Assembly (NCBI GenBank): GCA_028534125.1
Contig: CM052817.1
Location: 23,686,001-23,750,000, forward strand
Reading direction: 5' to 3'
DNA: 64,000 bases
Source of the DNA: Lama glama
Lineage: Eukaryota
The notes below the pieces were generated by a model. The model did not search any database. It worked only from the letters and a program-made list of their open reading frames with translations, and was not told the DNA's origin. Shown one piece after another: positions 38,407 to 50,074 of this stretch (position 1 is its first letter; each line of letters starts with the position of its first letter). The position numbers were made by a program, and so were the translations under genes.

Positions 38407-38744
38407 AAAAGGATATCTAAAATTGGTAGATTCTTATCTGTCTGAGAACTCCAAATGCTGTTCTGATGGATGCAAGGGAATAAATAAAGGAAATCCTTGG
38501 GGGCGATTCTGTACAGGAAATTTCCTCACCCTTGTTGAAATAGAATAAGGAACTCCGTTTGTTTTGCTTTTTTTTTTTTTTGGACCATGGATGGACAGTT
38601 TCTAAATAGCACAGACTCTCTCACAATACTTGTCTATCTTCCCTTTGAAATTTTTTTTCTTCTGTTAATTTTGCTGCCACCATCATCACACTGATCCTCA
38701 AGAGTGTACTGTCTTCAAGATTTCTCTTGTCACCCTTTGGTTCA

Positions 38745-38910
38745 ATATATATATATATATATATATAAAACATGTTAAATATTATCTATTATATATTATG
38801 TTAAATATCGGTATATATTGTATATTGTATATTATATATAACACCTGAAATGGGTGAGCACTTTCAGAAAAATTATACTTAATATATAATATACACATAT
38901 ATTACATACA
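38745..38910. repeat. (TA)n and AT-rich low complexity
   Basis: aatatatatatatatatatatataaaa...tatattgtatattgtatattatatata. Confidence 0.8.
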
Positions 38911-39304
38911 TGTGTAATCATAAAAAGGAAATAAAGAAAAGGGTAGACACAGAAGAAACAGCCTGCTCATTCTGGACAGTGTCCTTATCCTACCATTAGT
39001 TAGCATGCTCTCCTGAGTGACCTTGACCAATTCCACATGATAATTGAGTCATCAATTGATTGGTTATACAGCATTTCTGGATTTGTTCAAGTGCTTTATT
39101 GCCCTGTCCCAGTCTTACCTCCATATGTGAAATGACACTGTGATTCATACTCAAACACCAGTCTCTAAGGCAGGGTATCAAAGACAAGAGTTTTGAGCCT
39201 GAATGCCATTCTAATGGTCCCTCATCGTATTCATGTGAGACCTAAGGCTTCATTTAAAGTGAATGACATAATACATGTTCTTAACTATCAAACAAACTCA
39301 ACCT

Positions 39305-39600
39305 TTTGTATAGACCAGTGGCCTTGCCCCTCAGTCTCTGAGCATAATTTAATTCTGTTCCCCAAATATTTCCCACATAGCATTTCCTGGACCTCTTGTG
39401 TTTGGGTGGAGACATTTGACAAGCTCTACTCAGTACACTGTGAGTAGAAGTGTCTTGATCAGAACTGTCCAAGGGAGAGTGGCCCCAAGTGGAGAATGCT
39501 CAGAACAGAGCCTTTAGCCAATCTATGACGGACACATGCTGTGAATGAGAAATAAACCTTTGCTCTTTAATGCCCCTGAGATTTTGAGTTTAGTTCCTGC
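39305..39600 (+). mobile_element. MaLR LTR fragment (MLT1I/J2-like)
   Basis: gaacagagcctttagccaatctatgacggacacatgctgtgaatgagaaataaacctttgctctttaatgcccctgagatttt. Confidence 0.7.
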
Positions 39601-40839
39601 CTTGGTGGATGCCTTGTTCATCCACCTTACAGACTCAGTTTCCATCAAAGGTCCTTCAAGTCTAATAGAGAAATGTCTGTACCATCTGTTCATTAAGAAT
39701 TACACAAAAGTTTGGTAAAATACCTAGATCAGTAATTTGTAAAATATGTCCCAATGTAAGTTTGTAAAAATAAAATTATATGTAGATTCACGTGCTCCTT
39801 GAGACATTAGGGCTCTGTGAAATCTCAAACTCTGCCATGAAATCTGGCCTATGCATTGAGTTCCCAATACTGTTTAACCATGGAACCACATTAGTGGAAT
39901 TAGGGAAATCTCAAACACAAGAAAGAAATTTTTGAGAGCTACATTTTACTCTTCACAGATATAAAAGCCATGATGGCAGGTTTATGTATTTCCTAAATTA
40001 ACTAATAGGAATGAAAGTAATTTTTAAAATTATAAGTGATAGTAATAAATTATTATCTCACCACTTAAAGAAAAAATGTGTTAAATGTGTCAATAATTGC
40101 AAAATATCTAAAGTATGCTGGAATGATAACAAAGTAGCCTCTGAATAGAATTTTCAAGTTATTTATCATTATTAAATTAATTACAAAGGAATTTTTATAA
40201 TGTGTGAATTGAAATTTCTATGTTTCTTCAGAAAATGTCAATTATGACATGTAGCCTCTTTAGAAAAGGCTGTGGTTTTGACTTGAAAGCTATTTTTGTA
40301 GATGTAAAATTTTGCAGAGGCAAAATGTGTTAGTCTCTTGATCTCAGAACATTTCACTTCTGTCAGGTACAACTTAGGCCTCAGGCCCCTAAAATACATT
40401 TACTTTAATAGAAAACATGCCATTTCTTCATTGCTAAACATATTATCTTAAATATTCCATCCAACCAGTTTTCTTCATTGATATCTTCATACTAATGATT
40501 TTTTCATCTTTATTTGGTGTTGAGTGTGCCCTTATTTCATCAATATCCATATAAATGGGTCTGTTTTATTAATATGTTATGACATATTTTCTGATTTGTC
40601 CTGCATATTGTCATTCTAGCCTGTACAATTTTATAAAATCGATTTATAAAGCACATTGAATCTGCATTATTTGAGATATACAATATAAGTCTCATCCATT
40701 CATATGTTTCAACATGCACAGATCTTAAGGGATCAGAAGAATCAACTCAAAGGGTTGTGTAGTCCTTAACTGGATACACTTTCTTTGAAAGATTTTCCTG
40801 TTGAAATTAGGAAGGCCATGGTACATAAGGAAAAATGTT

Positions 40840-41080
40840 CTATCCCATGCCACCCCGACTTCTTGCCTTCCAATGCATGCAGATGTGCTATGTGAAACTC
40901 TTACATTAAACATTCAACCACGAGGGGAAAGTTAAGAGAATCACAGAGATGCTAAACATGACATTGACTTACAAAATGTGTCAGCAATGGCCTGGATCCA
41001 GATTTCTTGTTATGTAAGAAAAATTATTCCCTCTGTGTAAGCCACAATTAGGTGGATCCTCTATTGATCACATTCTATTG
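40840..41080 (+). mobile_element. MaLR LTR 3' part (MLT1K/L-like)
   Basis: aaccacgaggggaaagttaagagaatcacagagatgct...ccagatttcttgttatgtaagaaaaatt...gtgtaagccac. Confidence 0.65.
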
Positions 41081-41203
41081 ATTGATATCTGAAATCATTC
41101 TTCTGATTTGAAGGAGATTAAATGATGCTTGATAAATGAGAAATACCATATTAATAGAAAGATCCCAATTGGGTTAGCAAAATTAAATTCTGGTAACATC
41201 AAG

Positions 41204-41711
41204 GATATTGAGTAATCTGTTGCTGTATAACAAACCATCTCCAAACTCTGTGGCTTAAAACAACAACCATTAGTTGTTTTACCCATAATACTGGATGAGC
41301 AGTTTGGGCTAGGCTCAGCTGGGCAGTTCTTCTTTTAGTCTTCCTTGGGACCACTCATGCAGTTACAGTCTTCTGATGGTTTCAAGGGGCTGGATGATCC
41401 AAGGTGGCCTCACTCAGATGTCTGGCTGTTGGCTGTGGTATCTCTTTTCTTCTTCACATGCTGTGTCTTTCTCTAGTAACACAGACTAGCTTTCATCACA
41501 TAATATTATATATGCTCCAAATAGGGGAAGGCACAATCTGCAAGATCTCTTGAGATTTAAGCTTTGGAGCTCACATAATGTAATTTCCACCATATTGTGC
41601 TGGTCAAATCCTATCACAGGGCAAGCCCAAATTTAGTGGGTGGGAAATAGACTCTACTTCTTGAAGGGAGTAGCTACAAATTGCTGTGGTCATGTTTTCA
41701 ATCTCTATCCA
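41204..41711 (-). mobile_element. MaLR solo LTR, MLT1H-like
   Basis: ttgctgtataacaaaccatctccaaactctgtggcttaaaacaacaacc...gggctaggctcagctgggcagttct...gggaaatagactctacttcttgaaggg. Confidence 0.85.
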
Positions 41712-41719
41712 AATCATGG

Positions 41720-42610
41720 CAAGAATATGTGTAAATATGTAGAGAGTGCTACTGGTGGTGTAGAAAGTTTGACAGACTTCAAGAAAAGTTTGTCAGTATC
41801 AATCAGAATCAAATACACGTGTATCTTCCCAACTAGCCATTTCACCCATAGATCTAGTCTAAAGAAAACGTTGCATATGTGTACAGGAAAGCAAGTATAA
41901 GGATGTAGATGACAGAATTGTCTATAAATGGAAAAATCAGAAACTAATTTAATGTCCATCAACTGAATACATAAATTAGAATACACTTACATATGGGGAA
42001 CTGTAGTCAGTTAAAATGAATGAACTAGAGCTATATGCATTAATACATATTAATTTTGAAGTTATAATGTCAAATGAAAAATCAAGTTACAAAATGATAC
42101 ATAGTGTATTTTAGGACTTAGTAAATTTAAGAAGTAATATGATACTATATACTATTATGAATGGATATGTAAGTAAGAATATGGGAACTATTGTTAGGAA
42201 AGATGTGGATCAACCTCAGGATAGTGTTATCTCTGGAACTGCAAAGGTAAGAATGGTTTTAATTGAATCTGTAATATCTTGGGGTTTTTTACATATACCA
42301 AACAATTTGGACAAATATGAATATTCATAAAATCTGTTTCGTGTGTACATTGGTGTCTGTTCTATTATCTTTTACAATTCTTGCCTATTTGATGTCTTTC
42401 ATAGTTAAGAAAATTTTAAATAAAATATAATCCATATTGTGTCCACACAGATCTCTAGAAATTGATAAAATTAATTAGCGGCAGTGGGTGTCTTTGAGGA
42501 AGGGAATCAGAGAGCTAAGGGGTATGTAGGGTAAAGAAGACCTGGCGTTTATTTCTCTGATACTCTTTGAATTTTTTATAACATGATCATGAGTCACCTT
42601 TAAAAATATA
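41720..42610 (+). mobile_element. L1ME-type 3' fragments (ORF2 C-terminus and 3' UTR)
   Basis: aatgtccatcaactgaatacataaatt...cagttaaaatgaatgaactagagctatatgc...gtcaaatgaaaaatcaagttacaaaatgataca. Confidence 0.8.
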
Positions 42611-43135
42611 TTATTTCTCCATAATGATCATGTCATCCTTGAAAATGTAAAATAAATCACACAAAATCTTGGCCAGTCTTCAGTTTGAATGATTTGGATG
42701 ATCCTCATTACATATTCTTCTAGAGACCTCTGTCTATCACCCTCATTCGATGAAAAACTTTCAGTTGGTTCCCCATTATATTTATTGAACACTTTTTTTG
42801 ACCTGTTCTGAGGCTGCTGGAAATTTTCTATTCTCATAAGTGTCTGACAAGGTCACATGCATTCTGCCCTTTCACTCTCATTGTCATTTAAAGGTCAGCT
42901 TGTGTCAAACCCATGCCCATTTGTTCTACCATATGTTATTTGAATCCACAAGCCTGAAAAGCCTGAAGCCCAAGACATAAAGTGACAGTTAAAAACTTAA
43001 AGAAGAAAAAAAAATTATAAATTTTTATGAAACTAACTTTTGAATATATATTCAATTCAGTGTCAAAAGAAAAATGAAAAATTGATATGCTTCTTATCAA
43101 ATCATTAATTTTGGTGCACTTTAAATAAGGTAGGC

Positions 43136-43930
43136 TCATTCATTCATGCATTTAGCAAATACTGTAGAGTCTCCTATATGCTAAGTATTGTTGTAGGTGC
43201 TGGCATACAGCAGTAAACAAAATTAAGTCTTTTCCCTCATGCATCTTACACTACTGGGGATAGACAGACAACAGCCACACCATTATACATCAGACTGTGA
43301 CAGCAATATGGAGTAAAACAAACCAGGATAAGGAAGATAAAAGGAGTGAGAAGATGGGAGGTGCTGCTACTTAATAGAAAGTTGATGTCATGAAATATCT
43401 AATTTATACGCTAATATTAAACAGAGACTTAAAAAACTGATAACAGCTTTCTGTGAACTGTTCTGTTCCAGGTAGAGGGAACTGCACGTGCAAAAGTCTT
43501 GGGCAGAAATATGCTTGATGTTCCCAAGAAATCACTGCATGCTATGTAGACAGTAAAGGAAAAATGTAGAGAAAAGATCAAAGAGTAAAGAGTTCACACT
43601 GGGACCTTGTAAGACATTTTTAAAAGGCCACTGTAAGTACTTTAGCTATTGTTGAAGAAGGATTTCTGAGCAGAAGAATAGAGTGTAGAGAAGAAAGGGT
43701 GGAAGCAGGAAGACCAGTGAGGAGGCAACTGATGACTGATCGATGATGTGAAGGAAAGAGAGAATTTAGATGTTTAAGAAACTTGCTGGATATTAGTGCC
43801 GCTCAATTACTAGGAAAACAAGGAATAGTTTGGGAGCAAAGATGATGTGTTCCCTTGGCCATGTTGACTTAGAGGTGCCTGTGAAACATGCTGTGGGGCT
43901 ATCCAGAAAGGAGTTCAATGTTTATGAGTT
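43136..43930 (-). mobile_element. L2a LINE (may continue more weakly to about 44900)
   Basis: tcattcattcatgcatttagcaaata...gtaggtgctggcatacagcagtaaacaaaa...ccaggtagagggaactgcacgtgcaaaag...ggccatgttgacttagaggtgcctgtgaaacat. Confidence 0.88.
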
Positions 43931-46569
43931 TATGATCGCACAAAAGTTTTTTCTCACTTTTTTCAGCATCATTCAGCATCCAGATGCACATGAGGAGCAG
44001 GCCATCGGACAAACTTAACCATGTTTTGTGTTTTCCAGTCAAGTGAAAGAGAAGTTTAATAGGGCAAGAATGTTGAGGGCATTGAAAGACAAAGAGTACA
44101 AACTTTTAAAACAACATAGAATATATGCTATATAGAAAAGGAAACCAAGACTGGTGATTGCAAGTAGACAGGGGAAAACAAGAGACCCAAGTGTAAACAT
44201 ATCAGTGAGGCTGAGGAGTTGATGTTGGAAATAGTTGAGAGGGGCAGGAGGAAGGGGACTAAAGTATTACCTAAAACTAGGCTTATAATTCTAGCTAAAT
44301 GCACACTTAAGGATTATAGACATGCATGTTTAAGGATTATACTCATACATGTAGGTGGCTATTGTAAAGTGGAAGATCTGATCATTTGACATTAGAAGAT
44401 AAAAGAACAAGAGACTAGGATGTTGGATAAATCTTATCAAGGATGATGGTAGAACTTGGCAGGAAACGGAAGACTGTTGGCCTATGCTAATTACCGCGGC
44501 TATGCAACTAAATGATTCAGCTGAAACCTGAAAGGGTTTCACCTGAAAAGGAAGACTGACAGCTATCCCATGCTTTCAGTGAGTGGGGAGTTAGCAACAA
44601 AACAAGGATGGCAGCTGGGACAGAGGTTAAGGCTGATGCAAAAAAAAAAAAAAAAAAGCAAAAGCAAATGTGTTTACTTGAAAGCGAGGAAGTAATGGTT
44701 TAGATTAACAGTGGAGAGTTACAAGGACATAAACTACATCTCAAGACAGTTTTCAGAAAAATAATCTTTTCTCAAGAAAGTTGCAGGAAGCATTAACTTC
44801 TGAGGACAGTCAAGTTCCAGAGGGCACAATGGAAAGGTGGTTCTAAAAAGGAACAATGAAAGTTTAAGAAAAAACATTATTTTCAGATAAAAGGGGGCAG
44901 GGGAGAAAGCATAGACAACTTAAGATAGTCTATTTTGATTGTTGAGCAAGGATAACAGAGATTTGGCATGTTGTGTTAAGCTTACTTCAAGGTTGTAAGA
45001 GAAAAACTCAGAACTTGGGAGCTTCTGGTAGGAATGGTGTCTTTAGGCAAAAATCAGAAAACACTTTTAGGAGAAAAACCAAGAAACTCTACAGAATTCC
45101 CTGAGGCAAGCTCCCCTCTAGATTTGTGTTTATCCTAGAGTCCAATGCAGGCTGCCACTGCTCTCTTCCCCTCTCCAGTCCCTCCAGGACACAGCTGCCA
45201 GGGAATCCTCCACTATTGTTTATATCTTGTTCTTAACTAGCTCAAGAAACAGTCACCATGAGCCCACAGACCAGAATAGTGAAACTTTAAATGTCCTGCT
45301 TAGGCTGTTCATGATTACGCCAAAGAGTTTTCCAGCTGTCACGAATGCGGGAAAACCAGGGGCAGGGAAAAGTAAAATGTCACTCGGGGATCCTCCGAGA
45401 GTGATGGAATGAGTGAGCTGAATCTTTTAGTTGTATAGCAGTGGTAATTACAGACACTTGTAACAGTGTATGGCGATGTGGTTTTCCATCATGTCATATC
45501 AAGTTAGGTCTTGAAAAGAGAGCAAATTATTGCATGATCACTGGCATCTTGTTGATAAGCAGCAGGGGGTTAATGCTCAGCCTCCATCTCATGTGTTGAG
45601 AGCATCTGTAGAAAAGGCAGCTGGCAGTACAGCAGACCATGGAGGAGAGCAATAAAGTTTTAGTTTCAACCCAAGTGAAATTAGACATGTCAACCAAATG
45701 TTTGCTATTAATCTATATTGCCTGATTTGCATCTTACTATACCACATGTCAGGGTTTCTCCCAATTGGCATTGCCTGATCGTGATAATTTGATATTTGCA
45801 GAGCATCAGCAGTGAAGTCAGCAACAGGCAGAACGTAGTGATGGAGAAATTTCATGGGCAGAGACTACAGAGAGTGCTGAAAAGTAAACAGTAAAGGGGT
45901 GACAAATGTTGATTCATAACATTTTGTTGGAAAGGATTCGTTGAATTATCCTGCAATGAATTTGAAGAACTAATATTAAAACAAGGAGGAAAGTGATTTA
46001 AAGAAGAATTAAAGAATGAGGTTCTCATTCTGTCAAGAGAGAAGACATGTTGTCCCAGAGTAGCCACAAAGGACCACCGTGTTGGACATGACTGTGATTC
46101 TGTTCATTAAGCACCTGCAAATTAAAACATAGATACATGTAAAGAATTGATTTGAATACCTTTATGAGAATGCTTCCCCTTCATGCAAGTTAGAAGTTTC
46201 AGAAGGATGAAGAATAAATATTATACCGAAATTTCCATTCAAATCAATCTCATTACTTCTAATAACCATGGGGTGAAATGGCATAAAAATCAAATTTCAT
46301 GTTACAAAAAGTACCCAAGTCTCCGAGATTGGTAAATAAATGATATATTTGTTTTGAGTGACATTGGATCTTATATAATTCATTCTTCATTGATATTATG
46401 TCATAAGACCATGAGGTGAACCCCCAAATTGATTTTCACAGATTACAGAAATGCACTACATAAATTTAGAAATAAGTATAAGAAAAGTATTTATGAAGTG
46501 GGTAATACATTTGAGAAACTGTGCTGTGTACTTTGTAGAGGTCACTACAATCTAACAGTTTGGATTTCA

Positions 46570-46700
46570 TGATTCTTCTATCACGGAAGAAAAAATAGAG
46601 ACAAAGATGACTTAAGGTACATTAGGTTAGTAAAAGGGCGAGAAAACACTTGAATCCAGTTCTGTTGGCACTAAAACACATACACTTTCTACTATACCAC
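46570..46700 (-). mobile_element. MIR fragment
   Basis: gatgacttaaggtac...ttagtaaaagggcgag...cttgaatccagttctgttggcactaaaacacatacactttctactataccac. Confidence 0.55.
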
Positions 46701-48989
46701 CAGTCTCAACCAAAAGATATTAAAAATAGAAAGCAAAATGTTTTTTGAAATATTTGGTCTAAGTAGCACAGCTTTGTCAATACAGGAGTTAAGAGCATTC
46801 TCATATGAGTGTCATTCACTGTAGATTTGCATGGCATGCACAGTGTGTATGTAGACTGGTTTATTACTACATAGCATATTATATTTTAAAAAATGTATCT
46901 CTAAGTAAAGTAGAAATATAAAACCATGGCAAATTGGGGTTTCCTCTAATGCTGGCAATATTAAATTTCTGCTAATCATTAAATGGAATCTGTGTACACA
47001 GGCACTCTTCCTGTCATCTGTGAGGCACTCACACTTTCATCAGTGTCGTGTTTAAAGCAAATAGAGTCAGGGGATTTCCTAACCTTTTCAATAATAAGGA
47101 CTGCTATAAGATTTACTTATCAATTACATATTCCATCCATGAGGTGTGGGATATTGGAGATAATTTCATAGTCAAAAATAATTTTTAAATGGCAAGCAGC
47201 TTTTTTTTTTTTGCTATTCCATTCTGGGTGTATTGGGGATTTTACATTTATGTGAGGTACACTTTTAAAAATAAGTAACATGGGAATATTTTAAACATAT
47301 TAGTGATAAAGAAGGAAAACAGCTATTGACAAGTGCGGCTAAGCACCCACCATATGGATTCTAACATTTTAATTATTTTGTTCTTTTTCTTTTTAAAGCA
47401 ACTCTTAGTGGTAATAATTTTTCAACTAATTAAAGACCAGATGCTACTTAACAAGCTAGACACCCAATTAGGAGTCTGAAACCTGCTAAACAACCTTTAT
47501 TGCCAGCCAGCTAGCTGAATCACCTCCTGTCACTGGCATGAAATTGATTATTTTTTGTTTTGTTAAATGCATGTTGTTGTCCCACAAACTGGATCTCCAG
47601 AATGTTTTTCTTTCAGAAGAGATGAATAATCTGACACTCTGTTCAATCTCATTTTTTTCTGGACAAGGTTGAGGCCTGTAACAAGTTTCTATCTTTGTAA
47701 ATATAATTATGGAATAGTTGTGGGGAATTATCTTTTGCAGAAAAAAACTTGAAATGCCAAATGTAACCGCATACAACAGCTCAGTATTACTCAGTGATTG
47801 ACAATGAGATAATGATATTATGTAAAATGGTTTTTATATACTCAGGAAAAATATTACCCCCAAAAAAGATAATTTATCTCTACATGTAACAAAGAAGCTT
47901 GGTTTTAAATGTTAATGACTTTTTAAAATTTCTTTCAAACTATCTTAAGAATATCTTAAATAATGAAATGGGTGGTGCCAGGATACATTATAAAAAAATA
48001 AATCTTCAAAATGCAATTTTATTGTATTCACCATGTTTTTCGCTCTTTGAGAGTTCAAAGAGTTTCAGAGAGTTTATCTTACAAAACAAAACCTCCCAAG
48101 CTGCTGGAGGAAATAACATATTTAGTATTGATGCTATTGAAAGTTTTTAAATGAAAAATAATACTCCAAATGTGTTTTTCACTATTTTAAACCATTGTTG
48201 CTGGTCAAGACTGAGTAAATAAATCAAATTGGAAACCAGAGATGATTAATCATGCGTGAAACATTGACATTTTCTTTGACTCATAAAGAGAATTTCTAAT
48301 ATTCTCTCTGAATTGTCCAATGCCTGGTGACTCCCTGCCTGTCAAACACCTTAGAAACAGGTAGAGGGGGTCGTCTACATGTCACATTTTTAGCTGAATT
48401 GAATAATTCTTACTAGCCTGGAAGAGCTTATGCAATGATGGGGTGTCAGACTGCTACGCAAGAGGTACAAGCGTCTCCCATTGCTTTCTTTGCTGTGGCA
48501 GTTTTCTGTAGCCACATTCCCGCACTCTAAGCACAGTGGATGCTCTGTAAACATGGTTTATCGGCTGCCGTTACATCTGCGGTGAGCGACAGTGAGCACA
48601 GCCAAGGACCTGCTGGCAGCTCTAGCAAGTGGTGAGGACATCTACTGGGTAACAGAGGACTGGAAGTGTTAAAGCCCTCGGCAGGGGACTGGCTCAGACT
48701 CCACAAGCCTGGAGTTGGTTTGGAAAAGATATTAATGAAGGGTGATAATCTAGAGCACATTCTGACTATTTCTTGGGTGCAGGATGTAAGCAGTGTTTAG
48801 GACGTGAATTATGGCTGGGCCTCCACCAGGGTGCCTCCCAGGACCGAGGCTGTGGCTGGAAGGCACCTTCTTGAGCTGAAAATGTATCTGCCCAATGCTG
48901 ACTATCACTTACACTAGAGATGGAAATTGTCTTTGTCAGGTGTGCCAGCAGGGAGAGCAACAGTAACTGGAAGTCAGCTTTCATTCCAC

Positions 48990-49570
48990 AGTTCTTCATG
49001 TCTCAATAATGCTGTCATAGCAAATTTTCTAGAAGGCAGGTCAGATCCTGTCACAATTATGCTTAAACACTTTAATGACTTTCCACTGCCTATGAGATTG
49101 CATTCAGGGTCTTTAGCATGGCAGGCTAACCCTCTGTGGCCCTGGCCTTCTTCTTTTAAACTTCTTGTCTGACTCAGATTTCCTTAGTTAAAAATATCTC
49201 TGTATTACCTGTTTAGCATTTACAATTTGCTAAGTGCTTATTTATGTACTTTACATATATAAACTCTCTTAATTCTCAAAATAACCCAATTTCAACTTCT
49301 TAAAGATGGAGAAACAAAGGCACAGAGAGGTGAGGTGATTTGCCCAAGGTCATACATCTAGCGGATGGGAGATTCAAACCCAAATCCACCCAAATCCATG
49401 CCCATGCGACTCCTGTAGATGCCCATCTGATTACAAGTCTCCTGATTTTGCATCTGCTATTCCCTCCATCATGAATGACTTTCTTCTTCATGGCTGACTG
49501 GGCTCAGTCTTCAAGACTCAGCTACAGAATTTCTTTCCCTATAAAGTTGTCTCTGATATTTCAAATGGAG
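48990..49570 (+). mobile_element. L2 fragment interrupted by a MIR
   Basis: tcagatcctgtcacaattatgcttaaacactttaatgactttccactgcc; resumes ttttgcatctgctattccctcc...cttcaagactcagct. Confidence 0.75.
49200..49410 (-). mobile_element. MIR SINE
   Basis: aagatggagaaacaaaggcacagagaggtgaggtgatttgcccaaggtcatacatctag...gattcaaacccaaatc. Confidence 0.88.
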
Positions 49571-49689
49571 TTGCCTACTCTTTTTTTTTTTTTTGAAACC
49601 AAGACTAGACCTTGGCAAAAAAAATTAGCCACAACCACAGCTACCACTACCACCACCACCAACACAACAATAGCAATAATAATTACCAT

Positions 49690-49865
49690 GTAACTATCAC
49701 TTACTGTGGTATTTACCATGCACCTGGCATTGTCATATACCAACTTCAGTCTCCACCAGAGCACTGCACAGTAGCGTGCCACAGAGAAGTTAAGTGGCTT
49801 GCCCAAGGACAGGTAGATAATGAGTGACAGAGCTAAGGTTCAAATCCAGATCTGCCTATGCTGAA
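49690..49865 (-). mobile_element. MIR SINE, preceded by an (ACC/AAC/AAT)n tract at about 49625-49685
   Basis: cacagagaagttaagtggcttgcccaaggacag...gtgacagagctaaggttcaaatccagatctg. Confidence 0.8.
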
Positions 49866-49879
49866 TGTGGGACCACTTG

Positions 49880-49995
49880 TGAAAAAAAGTAAGAATTTCA
49901 AGATGGCTACAGCAGAGTGTTAAACCAAGTGCGGGCTCTTTTAAGCATGAGTACCTCGTCACTGCACTGAATGCACACACATTAAGACATCCCTG
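49880..49995 (-). mobile_element. MER91A-like hAT-Tip100 MITE
   Basis: aagaatttcaagatggctacagcagagtgttaaaccaagtgcgggc...gcacacacattaagacatccctg. Confidence 0.75.
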
Positions 49996-50074
49996 GAAGG
50001 AACCAGTGGGAATGCCACTAAATATTTACTTAGTAAATCACTGGGTATGTTACTGGCTTTAGGACTGAGGTACT

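Noticed and set aside
45616..45631. 16-bp exact match (ggcagctggcagtaca) to the start of the 30261 insert
   Set aside because: About one 16-mer self-match is expected by chance in 64 kb, and similarity does not extend, so this is not the parent locus.
49475..49827. ORFs with poly-Thr, poly-Val and His/Asn runs
   Set aside because: Translations of a trinucleotide-like microsatellite between L2 and MIR fragments.
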